NCBI RefSeq assembly: GCF_964204645.1
Contig: NC_134028.1
Span: 16,189,653-16,253,652, forward strand
Direction of reading: 5' to 3'
Length of the DNA stretch: 64,000 nt
DNA from: Tubulanus polymorphus
Taxonomy: Eukaryota; Animalia; Nemertea
The notes beneath the pieces are model-generated. The model had not been told where the DNA came from. It searched no databases and saw nothing but the letters and a program-made list of their open reading frames with translations. Each line of letters opens with the position of its first letter. Position 1 is the stretch's first letter. This document shows positions 60,480-64,000 of the stretch, one piece after another. Made by a program: the position numbers and the translations under genes.

Positions 60480-63400
60480 TCAAACATAACCTTTAGAGTC
60501 ACACTCAACTCTGACTACCCTACCGAGTGCCCACGAGTTACGCACCGATGATTCCATAATAAGGACAACGTCCCCAACTGCGACGTTTCGACGCGACCGA
60601 GACCATTTTGAACGAACTTGAAGCAGCGCCATATATTCCTCACACCATCTTTTCCAGAACAACGATGCCAAGTATTGAACCTGACGCCACTTACGCTTCG
60701 CATACCCATCTTCTTTAGAGAAGACGCCGGTTGGGAAATCAGATTTCGGATTCATGAGCAGAAGATGATTTGGAGTGATGGGTCTCGGATCGTTATGGTT
60801 GTTCATGTCCAGGTCGTACAGTGGACGATTGTTGAGTATCGACTCCGCTTCGCAAAACACTGTGCTAAGCATTTCGTCGTTCAGGGATTTCGATTGCCCG
60901 CGCAGCAAGTGGAACAGAATTTTGCGTACCGATCTGATCATTCGTTCCCAGATGCCGTCGAAATGTGAGGCTAGCGGAGGGTTAAAACTCCACTCGAAAT
61001 GCTTTTCGAGGCAAAACCGTGATATCTTATCCTTATCCAGACTATCCAACGCACGCTTCATGTCGGCATTGGCACCAACTAGGTTGGTGCCGTTATCAGA
61101 CCGCATTTCTTCGATCGCCCCACGCCTAGCTATAAAACGCCTTATAGCGTTGATACATGATTCCGGATCTAACGAATACTTGCAGGTGAACAGCCATAGC
61201 CATAGCGCTTCGCAACGCTGCGCCCAGCTTTTACATCGAAGGGGCCGAAGTAATCCACGCCCGTGTTTGAGAACGGTGGTTTGTCGGCCGCTAAACGCTC
61301 TTTCGGTAAGTCGGCCATCTTTTGTTCGACCTTATCGCCACGATATTTCCGGCAATCGACGCACTTCGCTATTATCGATTTGATTAGACCGGCGCAATGA
61401 GTAGTCCAGAACCTTTGCCTCACATATCGCAGGATAGAATTCTAGCCCATGTGGCCTACGGCGGTGTTGTCATATCGCGGAAAGACGGAATCGCGGAATT
61501 TTCCAAAAACGCGGAATTTCTTCATTTTTACTATAAATAGAAAACGGTTTTTCCCACGGGGATACCCACTGTCGGACAGGGCACCGGACCGATTGATGCA
61601 ACGAGTTAGGTTCGAGTCCCATTATTTGCAGGCAATTTTATAAGGAATTATTATATTACGATACCGTTGACTGGCTGCCACCTGTAGAAGAAGTCAGAAT
61701 CAAGTGGGGTGAAAGAGACCAGGCACCTAATGTCTATTTCTACTGGGCAAACTTCGGTTATCGAAGTTCATCGACTTTTTGAGAACTTCAGAAACGAATA
61801 TTATCAGATAAATATTGAGCACGTTCGCGGTGTCGGACCGTAGTTGTAGATGGTTGCAAACATGAAATCCTACGACCAAACAAGTACCGGTTCAAATTCC
61901 TTCGTCAAATTCGTCCAGTACCGGTACCAATAAGATTCTTTTGATCCAAATAATCAGCATAGGAACATATATGTTATAGCAGTCACAAAGAAAACATTAA
62001 AAAAACGAAACCATTTTATAGTCTTTCATATCATTTAATTCTAAAAGATAAACCACATTCGCTTATAACAACAATGTAGACACACAACACGCATGAACAA
62101 TCCTAAGCCAGAATGAAATATACATAAAGTCTATTTATTTTCGTCTGACATCGATCCAGTTCCACAGTTGTGAGTTAACTCTGAGTTACTTAGAATCAAT
62201 TCATTTCCAATGTTTTAAATCCAGAGACCAGAATCAAATCTTAACTCGGAACTGAGTCCTGGAGAATGACCCATGGTGTCATCACAAATCCTACGTTTAC
62301 GTACCATTGATTTGTATTCCTTCAGTAAATGCAGCGATACTCTGTATCACTGAATTCGCAAAGCACGTATTGCCTAGGTTCTACATTATTTGGAACAGTA
62401 TCGTTAAGTTGTTGACTGGCGATATAATAAATTATCAAATACTAATTCCCGGTGTTGAAAACCTGGGTCCGATGCCCTGTCCGACAGTGGGTATCCCCGT
62501 GGGAAAACCCGTTTACTATTTATAGTTAAAATGAAGAAATTCCGCGTTTTTGGAAAATTCCGCGATTCCGTCTTTCCGCGATATGACAACACCGGGCCTA
62601 CGGCTATGTGCGCATTTTCCAATAGGAGCAACGATATGCGAGAGGTTTTCGATAATACAATTTGGTGTTTCTGGTCGAAAGGCACTATTGCGCGTTCAAG
62701 ACGACCACCGAACCGAATCATATCATCGTTCAGGTATACGTCGAGACCTTGCAGCTGGCTAGCTCGTTTTACCCGTGCATCGGTTTTCAGCTGCTCGTGC
62801 TCGGAGCTGAAGGTATTCCGTTGCGAATGCTTTACTAGGAGCAGCTCTGCCTCCTCTATGACAGATCGATTTAGGAACGCGGTTGTCGCTCCGGCGGGTT
62901 TCGTCAGGCCAAGTTTTCTTTCCTCGGCCGATTTACGGAGTCTTTTCGCAAACAGTAGGAGCCACGCCACACCACGCTTCATACGCCACCAATCGGAGTA
63001 ATGTTCAATGAGCTTATCAATAGGCTGCGTAATACGAACGACCGAAGTAGCAGCGACGGGTGTTTTTAATTCGCTACTGTCGACTAGACTTCGATCCACG
63101 ACGTCGAGCGGCCAATCCGATTGGTCTTTGATAAGGAATTCTGGTCCGTTAAACCAGATCTCATCCTTCACTGGGGACTTGCTTGGTTGCAAACCTCTTG
63201 AGACGATGTCTGCTGGGTTGTGTTTTGTGTCGATATATCGCCACTGAGAAACTTGACTGCCGTCTCTTATGACGTTTACTCGGTTGGCCACGAATGTTTG
63301 GTATCTCGCCGTATCATTTGCGATATATCTTAGGACACTCTTGCTGTCAGTCCAGTAGAAGACTTCGTCGAACTCGATATCTAGTTCTCTTGCTACCATG

Positions 63401-63960
63401 CTGTGCAGGCGAACTGCAACGGTCGCAGCGGTGAGCTCCATGCTTGGTATGGTTATCTTCTTTAGAGGCGCAACCCTAGATTTCGAGATTACCAAGCTAC
63501 ACGTGACGTTGCCGGACGGGTCAGCCACTCGCGAATAACAAACAACGCCATACGCCGTTTCACTTGCGTCGGTGAAGTAGTGGAGTTGGAACTTTAGCGC
63601 ATCTGATCGTTGAGGGGCGAGGCATCGTGGAATCGAGACTAGTTCAAGGGCGGTAATTCCGTCGGCCCAGGCTTCGAATCGCCTTTGTTTGTCTCGGGTG
63701 ATGGCTTCGTCCCATCCGATGCTGTCTCCGCACAATTCTTGCAGCAGGATCTTGGCTGGCAGAATATACGGCGACACTAGCCCTAAGGGGTCGTAAACCG
63801 AACTAACGACTGACAAAATACCCCGACGAGTGGCAGGGTTGTTTCGATCCAAGCTAATGTTAAAGGTTAGGCTGTCGTTTTCGACGTCCCAGGAGACGCC
63901 TAGGGCGCGCTCTGTTGGCAGTCGATTATTGTCCAAGTCTAAATCGACGCTTGGTGACCA
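60480..63960 (-). pseudogene. BEL/Pao pol (RT end, RNase H, integrase), interrupted at 61462-62594
   Basis: RALGVSWD, YDPLG, HYFTDASETAYG, SKSRVAP, WTDS, FVANRV, NPADIVSRG; AHIAVGH...CVDC, GVDYFGP, SDNGTN, WERMIRSV, W...GRV. Confidence 0.93.
61462..62594. mobile_element. Non-autonomous long-TIR DNA transposon with 9-bp TSD (AcademH- or MULE-type)
   Basis: ~129-bp TIRs starting CGGTGTTGTCATATCGCGGAAAGACGG; TSD GGCCTACGG at 61453-61461 and 62595-62603; removal restores BEL integrase HIAVGHMG. Confidence 0.95.
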
Positions 63961-64000
63961 TTCTTCGTTTTCATGACGGCGCGACTATTACTTATTATTT

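Larger units (their letters stand above)
58761..64000 (-). mobile_element. BEL/Pao LTR retrotransposon, 3' part (runs off the window)
   Basis: pol on minus strand; candidate PPT ATTGGGGGGCTGG followed by TGTTGCGGC at ~58790-58765. Confidence 0.8.

Noticed and set aside
61600-61622. tRNA-like GGTTCGAGTCCC
   Set aside because: Isolated B-box-like motif without a cloverleaf.
60618-63247. Plus-strand ORFs of 116-202 aa over the BEL pol
   Set aside because: Antisense shadows of the minus-strand pol frame.

Overview
AT-rich eukaryotic DNA, probably from an invertebrate animal, made almost entirely of nested mobile elements; no recognisable host gene. In order: (1) a Helitron-family element with a 1698-aa protein (herpes-tegument-like deubiquitinase + Rep + PIF1 helicase) and a spliced RPA70-like gene; (2) a Penelope-like retroelement as two head-to-head partial copies, with a minimal hammerhead ribozyme; (3) a decayed Ty3/Gypsy element; (4) the hairpin-shaped end of a truncated Polinton; (5) an AcademH-like unit (transposase tail + RecQ helicase) split by a complete PIF/Harbinger element; (6) nested MITE/foldback elements, a 49-bp satellite and BEL/Pao debris; (7) a 13.1-kb Polinton/Maverick with perfect 90-bp TIRs and a 6-bp TSD; (8) a 61-bp satellite and a BEL/Pao element interrupted by a TIR element with a 9-bp TSD. 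The most striking signal is the Polinton: its polB core is deleted, no maturation protease is visible, and nearly every gene starts at a poxvirus-late-promoter-like (T-run)...TAAATG cassette, suggesting a helper-virus-dependent element. Family calls come from motif recognition by eye; no database searches were run.
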